A stretch of 64,000 bases of DNA. Origin: Podospora anserina. Lineage: Eukaryota. The notes below the pieces were generated by a model. It made no database searches. It was not told where the DNA came from and worked only from the letters and a program-made list of their open reading frames with translations. The translations under genes were made by a program, and so were the position numbers. The stretch lies in NCBI GenBank assembly GCA_017654855.1, contig CM030333.1, positions 4,960,001-5,024,000 of the forward strand, written 5' to 3'. This document shows positions 1 to 12,553 of the stretch, in pieces. How positions within the stretch are numbered: position 1 is the first letter of the stretch; the number at the start of each line of letters is the position of its first letter.

Positions 1-325
1 AGGCCTTTATAAAAATCCGGTTATATTTATAAATAAAACTTAGGCTTTAATAGTACTAACTAAAGTTTTAATTTTATATTATTTTTTTATTATTAATAAT
101 ATTAAAGCTTTAAATTTCTATAACCTACTATTAAGTATCTTATTTTTTATAAATATAAACCTTATTTTTAATTTTATAAAGGACTATATAATTAATATAA
201 ATATATTATATAAAGGAAAATTAATTAAAACTTATATAATAAAAATGGAGGTAATTAATAAAATAAAAGTAAAATATAACGGTAAGGATCGAGGTAATAC
301 CTTTCTTATTAACTAACCCTTATAA

Positions 326-688
326 TGAAATGGTGAGAAAACACACAAAACAACCACAATACCACAAATATACCCTCAACAGGTCTCAAAATAAACACAC
401 CTGCGTGACAGTAACTCGCTCGCAGGCCGCACTTCACGTAGGACAAAGAAAAGACACTATGGGCTCGCAGGCTATATAATAAGCACCGGATTGGCCTGAT
501 CAGAGGGCCAGAATTGCCTGCACGCGTGTAAGGCATAAAATACGAAGAAAAGAATAAAAGTCGATGTTTTATTTAAAATAGAATGTCCGAAGTAAACCGC
601 TTATATATATGACCCCTAAACCCCTAAGTCCTCCAAGAGCCCCGCTTCCTTACTTATATTTTTAGGCCTATAGCCGTACCTTAAACTA
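326..688 (-). repeat. 3' LTR of copy A (363 bp)
   Basis: Reverse complement of the LTRs at 10082 and 20656. Adjacent cctcccttc (691-699) is the PPT read on the minus strand. Confidence 0.92.
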
Positions 689-3600
689 AACCTCCCTTCG
701 TATTTAACTACTATAAACTAATAGGTAAATATATATATAAAAAAAAATCTTTTATAAATTAAAAAAAAAAAAAAAAAAAAATATTATTTAATAGAAAGAA
801 GGGAAAATAATATAATCTTACTATCCCTTTATTTATTTTCTTTTAATTAGAGAGAAAAGTACCTTTACTTTTCGGATTTTAAAATATATTTTTATTTTTA
901 TCGAGCTATTATAATTAATGACTTAACGATTTCCTCCCTTTATTTTTAAAGAACTTTAAGAACTTACTTTTATTCTATAAAATTAAGTATATAATTAAAT
1001 AAAAAGTATATTATTAATAATCCTAAATAATTATAAGTAGGGAGACGGGTAATTATAGGCTTAAAGAAGAGCGGTAAATTTATTATTATAGGAGTACGGA
1101 ATTTAAAGGGGGTTATTACTTTATTTAATTATTAAAAATTATTTAATATATTATTTAATTTAAATCCTTTATAATTAAAGGGAAGACTTACGATATATTT
1201 ATTTCCTTTAATAATAATAATTAAAGTTAACGGAGAATTAGGGAAGAAAATAAATTAAAGAATTAATAGAAATTTAAAAAGAAATAAAAGGGTATTTAGT
1301 AAATTAAATCCTTTCGCCTTTATTAAGTCCTTTAAGCCCTTTCTCCTTTATTTTTTATTATATATTTTTTAATTAAGTTTATAACCTAAAGACTTTTTTA
1401 TATAAATTATTTATAATTTTATTATTTTTTTCTCTATAATATTTATAGTTTTATAATTTTTATAATAATAATTTCCTCTCTAAACCTTTACTACCGTTAA
1501 ATCCTTTTTTTTATTATACGAAATACTTTCTTAAAAATAAATATAGTAATACTTTAAAACCTAAAAACTATATTTCTACGCCCTACTTTATTTACTATAA
1601 ATTAATTTCTTTACTTTTATATTAAAGTTATAGTGAAAAGCGTAACGGATATAAAATATTAAATAAAAAATAATATTAATTTAATATTTTTTTTAATTTT
1701 TTAACGAATCTATATAAATTAAAATATTAATAATAATATTATAAATACTTATTACTTAATAGTTTCCGTTATTAATATAAATAAAAAGGATTTAATATTA
1801 TTAGTTAAAAGTATTATAATTATCGTTAAGTAGGAAAAAATATATTAATAACTTTATTATAATAGGGTTTAAAAGTTCTTTAGGGATTTATATATAACGC
1901 TCGAGGATTCTTTAAAAAAAATATTAAAGAGCGTAAGTAAGGACCGAGTTAATAAATTATTATTTAATTTTTAATTAATTTTAAAGGTTATATATTACGT
2001 AAATAAGGGAAGCTATATATATACTATAAATATAAATCTGATTAAAGGGGATCGTTAATTTTAAATTAAGAAAAAAATATTTAATAATATTAATCGAAAA
2101 TTATTTTATAAAAGTAATATTAATTTAGTTAAGCCGTTTTCCTATAATATAATTTTTTAAGTCGGTAATAAGGTTAAAGCTAAAGTAAATAGGCTAAAGA
2201 GTATCGTTGTTTTAGGGAAGGAAGATATTACGCGGGGGGCTAAAGCCGTAAACCTTATCGATACCTTAAAAGCGTGCTTTCCGTATAATCTCCCTAACGA
2301 AATTATTAGGAAGGCCGAATTTCTTATTAATAATAAATTCTTTTTATAATATATTATAAATAGACTTTAAAAATAATATTAACGATATTATTCTATAAAA
2401 ATTAAGAGGGAGTAATATATAATATAATTTATAATTAAAGGGTTATCGAGAGGGAAGTAAGGAATTTAGAAAGGGGAGTCGAAGAAAAAAAAAGGGTTTT
2501 AATAAGTTTTTATTCTTTATTATTTATTTAGCTTATAAAGTAAAATTATTAAATAATTACGTAAGCCGTTTAAAAAGGAAAGAGCGCTTTAATAAATCTC
2601 CCTCCTATTAAAGCTTATAGAACCGATTATATAGTCCTATCCTTTAATTATAAATACCTATACTAATTTTCCTTACTCCTACTTACTCCTTATCTTTTTT
2701 AATATTTATTAATCACTTCCTTATAATAACCTTTTCTTTAAAGGAACCTACTATTTCGTTTAATTAAGCGGTTAATAACTTTACTATTTAAATATCTATA
2801 ACCTTTTTTATTAAAAAACTTTTTAATTAAGTTAAGGGAATCTTTAACTTTACTATATACGATTAATCCGAGGTCGCTATAAACCTTATTTAAAAGCCTT
2901 TATTTATTACTTTTATTTATTATCCTACCGATTTTACCTATATTTTTAATAATTAAAATATTATTTATAAAAAATATATTTAAGTTTAACGCTTTACTTA
3001 TATTTATAACTTTACTATACTTAAAAGTATTAATATTTATTATAATATTTCTTTCCCTTATTAAATTATTTTTTAATACTTTAAAATTTCCTTTTTAAAT
3101 CCTAAATATATAATTACTTTTTTTTACTTTAAATAGTTCCTCCTTAATTTAACGAAAAAAAGGGGTAAGAAAGAATAATAAATACTTTTTAAAGATATTA
3201 ATATAAATAAAATTATTATTAATTATATTTTTAAAGTATTATTGACCGGTTCTATTAAACGGATTTTTATTAAATAATTTAATAAATAGTTTTTCGGGTA
3301 CTAGCTTTTCGAAATCGTTAAGTAAGTTTATTACTTTAAAGGCTTATTTATTTAAATTACCGGGTTATTATAAGTATTACCCTCCTAATTAAATTAAATT
3401 TAATATTAATATATAGGATTTAATTATATTAATTTATATAATAAGTGCGATTAAAGTTATTACCGGTCCTTCGTAACGTTCCTTAATAGGATTAAAATTA
3501 AAGTAATATAATTATACTTCGGTTATATAGAAAGAAAGGACCTCGATTAGAAATATATAAATTATTAATATAAAGGTATTTATTATTTATAGTTTAGTAT

Positions 3601-6600
3601 TAATAAAGATAGTTTTTACTTTAAGGATCTTAATAATAATAAATTATCGAAATTAAATTATAGTACCGTAAGTTTAATTCTTAATAATAAAGAAGTCGAT
3701 TAGGATTAAGAGTAAGAAGAATAGCGGGTTAAGTATAAAGAGTTTAAAAAATAATAAATAAATAAAAAGAAAGAAAAAAAGAAAGAAAAAAAATAGTTTT
3801 TTACCTTTTTAGATTAGAGAAAGGGGTATAAAGAAAGGAGTAAATTAAAAAAAAAAATAATAAAAAAAAAATAAAAATTAAAAATTTAATATAATAATCT
3901 TTATTTTAATTAATTACTTCCTTTAATATCTTTCTTCCTTTTAAAAATAAATAATTCCTATAGTTTTATTTTTATAATATAAATTTTAATATTTTTTTTA
4001 AAAAAAATAATAATTATAATACTTTTATTATTATTTCCCTTTAATTATTTAAAAAGTTTTTTAGTTTACCCTTTTTTAAGATTACTTTTATACTTTTACC
4101 TTTTTTAAATCTCTTTTATATTTTAATATTTTTCTATTTTATTTAAGTTTTCCCTCTAGTTATTATTTTCTTTAATATTTTTTTTACTATTTCTTTTTTT
4201 TTATTTTTATTTTCTACTATATTTATACTTTCCTTTACTTTATTCCTAAATACTTACTTAACTTTCTTTAGTTTTAATTATATATTTATATTTTCTTTAT
4301 TTATATATATATTTTTTAACTTAAAAAACTTTTTTACTTTATTTAGTATATAAAAAGCTCGTAATAGTACTTTATTTAGTATTTTTAAAAAATAGTAAAT
4401 ATTATTTAGTTCGACCTTCCTTACTTTAAAAGGGCTATCCTAACGGTACTATAGTTTCTTTACTATACTTATATTTAACTTTTTATTTATTTTATATATT
4501 AATATTAAGTCCCCCTTTTTAATTATATTATTTTTAAGCCTAATATTATAAATCTTTTTTCTATTTTTTTTTATTACGGCTTTCTATTTTATTATATTAA
4601 CCCTCTTAACTACTAAAATTAAATTTATTTTTTAGGATTTTAATAGTTTTACCCTTACCTCTATTAAATCTATAGTCGCTTTCTTTTTTTAATATTTCCC
4701 TAATCTATCGAAACTAATCTTTTCTTACTAAATAATTCTTTATAACGGTATATTTTTTTCGATCGGTATAATAGGGTTAAACCTATATATTAAATAGAAA
4801 GTACTATATTTATAAATATTTTATATTATAATTCTATTAATAAATAATATATAAGGGAATTACTATTTTTATTTTTTTCCCGTCCTATCCGTTATTTTTA
4901 TTAGTATTAATATAATTAAAATATAATTAAACTCCGTTATTTTATTTACTTTTATATTATAAAGTAAAATTATTACCCGAAAAACTTTTAGTTTCTTTAA
5001 AATTTTAGTAACTTCTTTTTTAAATTTTAATCCGCTATCTATTATTACGATTAAAGGGTAACTTTATTTAAGGATAATATTATATAGAATAAAATTTTTA
5101 ACCTTAAAAATCTTATTTAAATTTAAGACCTTCGTTTTTAAATATTTAATTAAATTATCCTTTACCTTTAAAAAGTAAATTTTTTTTCCCGAAGCCGTTA
5201 ATAAAAATTAAACGTTTAAATATTACTTCGTAAATAAAGTAATTAAAGGTTTAATATATAAATACTAGTCCTCTTAACGCTTCGGGCTTTATTATTAATA
5301 TTATTTATATATTTTAATTTAAACTTCAATATTAATATATATACCCTTCTAATAATAGTTTTTTACTACTCGGGTATAAGTAATTTCCCGTCCTTTATAA
5401 CTTATTTTATTATAATACGTATTAAAGACTTTTCCCCGCTCGATTAGAGGCTTAATAATTTTTTTAAAAGGAAAGCCTTTTTTATTTAGTTTAAAAAATA
5501 AAATTCCGTTTTCGAAAATTATTTTTAAAATATTATTCTTAATAGTTTAAACGTTAAACCTTATCCTAGCCCTTAGCTCCGTATTAATTATAAGGAATTC
5601 GGTAATAATATAAAAGTAAAAAAACTATAGTCTATTTAAATAGGGGCCTTATTTAATAACTTTTTTTTTTTTAATATTAATCTATTAAATATTTATTTCC
5701 GGAATATTATTTTTTTAAATCTTTATATTAACCTTATTATTAATATTTAATTTTAGCTTTTTCTCCTTTAAATTAAAAGAACTAAATAACTTTTTCGATA
5801 GTACGTCCGTTATAATATTTTTATTTTTAGGGATATAAATAATTATAAAGTCGAAAAGTCTAATCTATTTTAATTATTTTATTATTAAAGCGCCGGGAAC
5901 GTTATTAGCCGCCCCTTGGACTTAGTAAACTACTATTTAAGTATCCGTTTCCACCGTAAAATATACCCTAAAAAAAATACTTTCTAAATCTCTTTAAAAT
6001 ATATAATAATTTTTTTAATTCCCTTTTAATAATATTATACTTTTATTTAGCCGGGCTCTAAATATTATTTTTAAACCGATAAGGGTACCGTTTTTTATTA
6101 AATCCTATTTATTTAATTACCGTTCTTTACTCCGTTAAACTTATATTAAAAATAATAAAAATTTTATTAAAACGGTTATTATTAAATATTAAAGAAGTTA
6201 AATATAGTATTTTTATAATTAAAAAAGTAAATTACTTTATTATACTTTATTAAACTTCCATTTATTTTTATTTTATATCCTTCCTTATTAAAAAATATAG
6301 TAAAACTACGATTAAATTAAAGAAAGGTACCTATAATCGATAATAGCCGGTAATCCTTAGGAAAGTACGAATATCTTTAAAACTATAGTAAGTTCGTTAT
6401 TCTTTTATTTTTACTATTTTTATTTAATTAGGGAAATACCCGTCCGGTATATAGGAATAACTAAAAATAATAGTTTTCCGTTTATATTAAAGGGATTTTA
6501 TAATTATAATTATAATTTTTATAAATTTATAATTAAATAAAATTATATTAATATTTTTTAAATACTTTAAAACTTACTTTTTAATTCCTAACTTTTTTTC

Positions 6601-9600
6601 TTTATTATTATAGTTTTACTTTAGCCCTTTTATTATAATATCGTTTAAGTATAACCGATATACTTATAGGATAAAATCTTAAAAGATTTTAGTTATAGTT
6701 CTTTAAAACTAAATTATTAAGTTAGTAATTCCTTAAAGTAAAATATATATTTTAAATAAGCCGATAGGTATTACGAAGGTAATAAAATCTTAGTTTATTA
6801 AAATTAATTTAATTTAATTATATTCGGAAAAGAAATTAAATAAAAAAATAATAAAGTATTTTATAAAGTCTTTACTAAACCCTTTAATATTTAATAGAAT
6901 AAAGGTATTTCGTTATATAATTTTATTATATTTTTAAATATTATTAATTAAACGGAAATTATTATCCTTTTTCTTTATTAAGAATTAATTATTATAGTAA
7001 AGACTATACGCTTCCTTAATAATATTTTTTTTAATTTGTTTTTTAAAAAAATTAATAACTTTCCTTATAAATAACTTTAAGATTAAAATAAATTTACTTT
7101 ACTATACTTTATAAAGGATAGTTTTAATATATTAAATAAAAAAAACTTTTTTAAGGATTTATCTATATTTAATAAAATTTTATACTAATATAATTTCCTT
7201 TACGAATAAAATTATTATAAATACTTTAACCTCCTAATTTATTAAAATATTAATAATTTATTTAATTAAATCGGTTAAGCGTTTTAAAATAAAGTATAAC
7301 CCTTTAATTATTTTAAAAAATTTAAGGACTATAATATTATTAAATTTTAAACTATATTATAGAGATTCCTTAATTACTATTTATCTCTTTACTTTTTAAT
7401 TCGGATTTCCTTTAAAAGTATTACTATTTAACTTAATATTATTAACCGGCTTTACTTTCTTATTTACCCTCTTATATATTATAATAATAATAATAATATT
7501 CGTAAGTATTAATTAAACTTATTTAAAAATAATAATTAAATTAGTTTTTATATTATTTTTTTTTTAGAAAGGGGCGGAAGTGGATAACGTTTATATAGTT
7601 ATATAGTAAAGAAGTTACGCTAACTTAGTTAAGTAAGGAACTAATTAAATATTTTTAAATATAAAAATATTATATCGGGCTTAAATAGGGTTATTTTATT
7701 AATTTTCTAATTAAACGGTAATAATATTTTTAATAATAGTAACGATAATATTAAATATAAACTTATTATAAAGGTTAATAGTAACGGTCGTTCTTTTTTT
7801 AAAATTTCGTCCGAAATTAAAGTTTTTATTATAATTTTTATTCTTTTAAATTAAAATAAAGTTTTTTCTTTTTAATAATTCCTTATACTTCCTTTCTTTC
7901 TTTCCCTTTAATTATTAATATTTTTTCTTCCCTTACTCTTAATATCCCTCTTTTCTTTATTTTTATAAAAAATAATATTAAACGCTAAATAATAATTTAA
8001 TAATAATAAACTTAACTTTTTTAAAATAAAATTAAATAAAAAACGCTTAACTCCTTTATTTAATCCCTTAATTACTTTATCCCTTTCCTTTGGCTCCTCC
8101 GTTATTTATTTAAGGATAGGTACTCCTTTATTAATTAATCCTTTAAATACCTATAAGGGTTAACTAATAAAAAAAATATTACTTCGATTCCTACCGTTAT
8201 ATTCCGCCTTTATTTTATTAATTATTTCCTTTTTTACTATATAAGCTTTAATTAACTTTCCTTTATATAATATATTCGCGTTAATTATATAGCCCTTTAT
8301 AAAATTAAGGGTAAAGTTTATATTCGTAAAAAACGGAATACTTAATAATAAGTTATAGAAATTTAAAACTTTAATATTATTAATAATAAAAAAATAATAT
8401 AAAATTAAAACCCTAATTAGTACTATTAAAGCCTAAGTTTTACTTATAAATATAACTAAATTTCTATAAAGGTTTTTAAACTATAAGTTTATTAATATTA
8501 TCGGTAAATAAAATTTTTTAATTATAACTTTATTAATTAAATTATACTTTAAATTTATATTTAATATTATTAATATTTTTTTTAAAATTAATAAAATAAA
8601 ATTATAATATAATAATAAAATATTATAAATTCGAATAACGGCTTTTAAAAGAATTCGTTTATTACCGGAAAGCCGGTTAATAAATATAAATAATAAAATC
8701 CGTAATTACTTTTTTAAATTATTACCCGGTTAAACCTTACTTTTAATAATCTTTTCTTAAATACTTCCCTCAACTATATTATATTTATTATCCGCCGTAA
8801 TCCTATATAAAGTAAAAATAATTTTTCTTTAATTAAACGGAAGAGTTTTATTATATTTAGCCGTTTAAAAATTTATTTAAACCGTTAATAATAAAACTTC
8901 TCCCTTCTATAAAACTTCTTTTTTTTTATCCGGGGTACTTTTAAAAGATTTACGTTACTCGATTACTTTAATATTTTCAACTATACTCTTTACGTAATCC
9001 ATTAACCGGTAAATAAATATAAATAAAATTTTATAATACTTTTTTAATATAAATTTAATTTAATTATAAATATATTTTTTAATTTTTTTAATAATATAAT
9101 CCCTAAAGTCCTTTACTTTACTATTAAATAACTTTAAACTACTTTAAATTTTATCTTTTTAATCGGACGAAACTTTTTCTTTAATTACTTTTAACTTCTT
9201 TTACGCGGGGGTAAATATTATTTTTAGATTTTCGGCTAAAGTTAGGTTATTTATATTTTTTTTCGGTAAATCCTCGATCCTTATTCTTTTCACTCTTTAT
9301 ACGCTTACCCTTACTTTTATTTTTTAATTATAAATAATTATTAAAGTATTATTAAAGCGTTTTAAAATACTTTTAAATAACTATTTTTTTATTAAGTAAC
9401 GTTATAAAATATTTTTAATAATATAATTATTAATTAAATTTTTATTAAACGATACGTAAAGTTTAAAATATTTATAAAATTTATTTAATTTAATATTTAT
9501 AGCCTTAACTATTTAAATAATTATTTATTCCTTCTTTTTAATTAAAAAAACCTCGGGCCTATATCCCTTACCCTTACGAACTTCTTAATACTTAATTTAT

Positions 9601-10081
9601 TTTATATAAATTTTATAAGCCCTATTTAATTTTAATTTTAACGAAATTATAATATAAATTAAATTATTTACCTTTCCTTTATATTACGCTTTCCTTATAT
9701 CCTTTTAATTAAACTATACTTTTTTACTTTCCGGCTACTCCTTTTTACTAATATATATTTTACTTCTTTTAATATAATATAATTCTTACGCTTTATTATA
9801 TTTTTTTTTCGGATATTTTATTAATTTAACGTAATAATTAATCTTACTATATTAAAAGTATTTTTTTAGTAGGGGAGGGTTATTACGGTATTACCCTTTT
9901 AATTTTCTAAATTAAATTTTAATATTAATAATAAAGAAAGTATTAAAAAATAAATTTATTTCCTTATTAAGGTTAATATTAAAATTTAAAGAGTAAGGTA
10001 TTTAGTTTTTTAGGTATTAAACGCGGGTCTTTATTATCCTAAATTTATTATTTCCCGGTATAAAGAAATTACTATAAATAT

Positions 10082-10444
10082 TGGTTTGGGGTGCGGCCAC
10101 AGGCCTGAGAGTATAAGTAAGGAAGCGGGGCTCTCAGAGGACTCAGGGGTTCAGGGGTCATGTATATAAGCGGTCTGCTTCGGACATTCTATTTTAGACA
10201 GATCATCGACTTTTATTCTTTTCTTCGTATTTTGTGCCTTGCACGCGTGCAGGCAATTCTGGCCCTCTGATCAGGCCAATCCGGTGCTTATTATGTGGCC
10301 TGCGAGCCCATAGTGTCTTTTCTTTGTCCTACGTGAAGTGCGGCCTGCGAGCGAGTCACTGTCACGCAGGTGTGTTCATTCTGAGACCTGTTGAGGGTAT
10401 ATTTGTGGTGTTGTGGTTGTTTTGTGTGTTTTCTCACCATTTCA
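10082..10444 (+). mobile_element. Solo LTR (363 bp) of the same family, inserted in copy A
   Basis: TGGTTTGGGG...CCATTTCA flanked by the 4-bp TSD ATAT (10078-10081, 10445-10448). Almost unmutated. Confidence 0.9.
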
Positions 10445-12171
10445 ATATTTACCTTTAAATACTATAATATATTTTTTTATTTATTATAGCATTAACCGCT
10501 ATATATTAATCAAGTATTTCGGCCGCTTAATTAAAAGTAATAGGGGAAAATATAATAATTAATTTATTTTCTTTATAGATTTTTCTTCTTACATTATATT
10601 TATTTTTAATTATATTATTAATTTAATTACTTTAAATAATAAAATTTATAGATTTTAAACGACGTTCGGATTTTCCTTAATTAATAAAAATTATCCTTAT
10701 TAATTTAAAAAATTTTATTTAAAAGCGGTTAGTAACCTTAGCTTTTACTATTTTTTTTTCCCCGGTCGGTATTTAAAAAAAATAATTTAAAGTAATTAAA
10801 AATAACCTTCTTTAATTTATTTATACTTTTAAAAATAATTTTAATATAAAAGTTATTTAATTTCCTATAAATATCTTTATTTTATTAAGGATTATAAATT
10901 TTAAAAAAGCGTTTAAAGCGGATAATTAAAATAAATTAAATATCGGTAGGTATAGGTAGGTTTATATATTTATTAATTTATTTTCCTATATCGAAATTAT
11001 ATTAAAATTTAAATTTATAAACGCGAAAAGTAAATTTTATAATATAATACTTTTTATAAATATTTTCGAAACGCTTTAAATATTCTATAAAGTATTTCCT
11101 TTTAAAATTATTTTTAAAACCGATTTTTTTTAGATTAAAGAATTTACGTTAAGGAAAATATATAAATATTATAGGATAGGGGGTTAAATAATTAAATATA
11201 AGGGATTTTTAAAAGTAATGATAGTCGGGGTAAACTTTTATAGAATATAGGTATCCGGATTATTAAAATTAATATACGAATTTAGGAAGAGGAGCGGGAT
11301 ATTTAGTATACCGAATGGGAAGTATAATATAATTTTAAGTAGTAGGATTTAAGTAAGTACGAGGTTTATTTAATATATTAAAAGCGTTAAACTTTATAGT
11401 CGGGTTATTTTAATTAGAAAGGAGGTAAAGGGTTTTAATATTTTTAAAGTAAATATAGTTCGTAATTAAAAAAAGGATGAATAATAATAATTTTAAAGAC
11501 GTAACCGTTAAAATAATTATTTTTATTATAGAACGAGCTATAGGAGTTTAATACCTTTAATTATTATTAAAAAGATTAATTAAAGTAATAAATAAAATAT
11601 TATTAAATATATTAATATTTAATAATTATTATTACGTTTACGTTAATAATATAGTTTCTTTTTTATATATATTATTAAAAATATAAAAATAATTATCCTT
11701 TATAATTTTAATATATAAATATAAATTATATTTATTTAAATTAAAAGGAAAGTATTTTCGTTTCTTTATTTTTAAATTCCCGATATTTTAAATTAAACTA
11801 ATTTAGAAATCCCTACGATTATTTATTATTGTTAAATAATATATTAAAAGGATTTTTTTTAATTAAAAATAAAAAAGGATTTTAATAATTAATGCGGATA
11901 TAAAGTTTATTAACGAATTAATTTTAATTAATATTTTTAATTTATTTTTTAATCTTATCCGGATTATATATTTAATTTTTTATTTACAGGTAAAAAGTTT
12001 AAAGTTTAGTCGATAATAAAAGAGTTTTATTCGATTAGACGGAGAAAAATCGTTTCCGTTAAACTTTATAGGGTTTAATAAAATTATCGATATTTATTAT
12101 TATTCGTAGTTTCGTACTTTCTTTAGTATTTAGGGTTTATAAATTTAGTTTAGACCTTAAACTTTACTTAA

Positions 12172-12188
12172 CCCGGGCACGACCTTTA
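12172..12188 (-). other. Primer-binding site complementary to a tRNA 3' end (tRNA-Gln-like)
   Basis: Plus strand reads cccgggcacgacct-tta, i.e. a tRNA 3' end ...CCCGGGCACGACCU-CCA with CCA RIP-mutated to TTA. It lies 2 nt from the 5' LTR. A U discriminator after ...GACC matches fungal tRNA-Gln. Confidence 0.7.
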
Positions 12189-12190
12189 TT

Positions 12191-12553
12191 TAAAATAGTA
12201 AAAAAATATATAAAATAATTATAATACTATAAATATACCTTTAATAGGTCTTAAAATAAATATATTTATGTAATAGTAACTCGCTCGTAGGCCGCACTTT
12301 ACGTAGGATAAAGAAAAGATATTATAGGCTCGCAGGCTATATAATAAGCACCGGATTGGCCTAATTAGAGGGCCAGAATTGCCTGCACGCGTGTAAGGCA
12401 CAAAATACGAAGAAAAGAATAAAAGTCGATGTCCTGTTTAAAATAGAATGTCCGAAGCAGACCGCTTATATATATGACCCCTAAACCCCTGAGTCCTCTG
12501 AGAGCCCCGCTTCCTTACTTATATTCTTAGGCCTGTGGCCGTACTTTAAACTA
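12191..12553 (-). repeat. 5' LTR of copy A (363 bp)
   Basis: Same sequence as 326-688 with more C>T/G>A changes in its left part. PBS lies immediately to its left. Confidence 0.92.

Larger units (their letters stand above)
326..12553 (-). mobile_element. Full-length Ty3/gypsy-type LTR retrotransposon (copy A), heavily RIP-mutated
   Basis: Two same-orientation 363-bp LTRs (326-688, 12191-12553) flanked by the 4-bp TSD ATAA (322-325, 12554-12557). PBS beside the right LTR, polypurine tract beside the left LTR. RIP-degraded RT motif on the minus strand near 6620-6660 (YLND IIIKG = YLDD..KG), followed by integrase. Confidence 0.92.
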
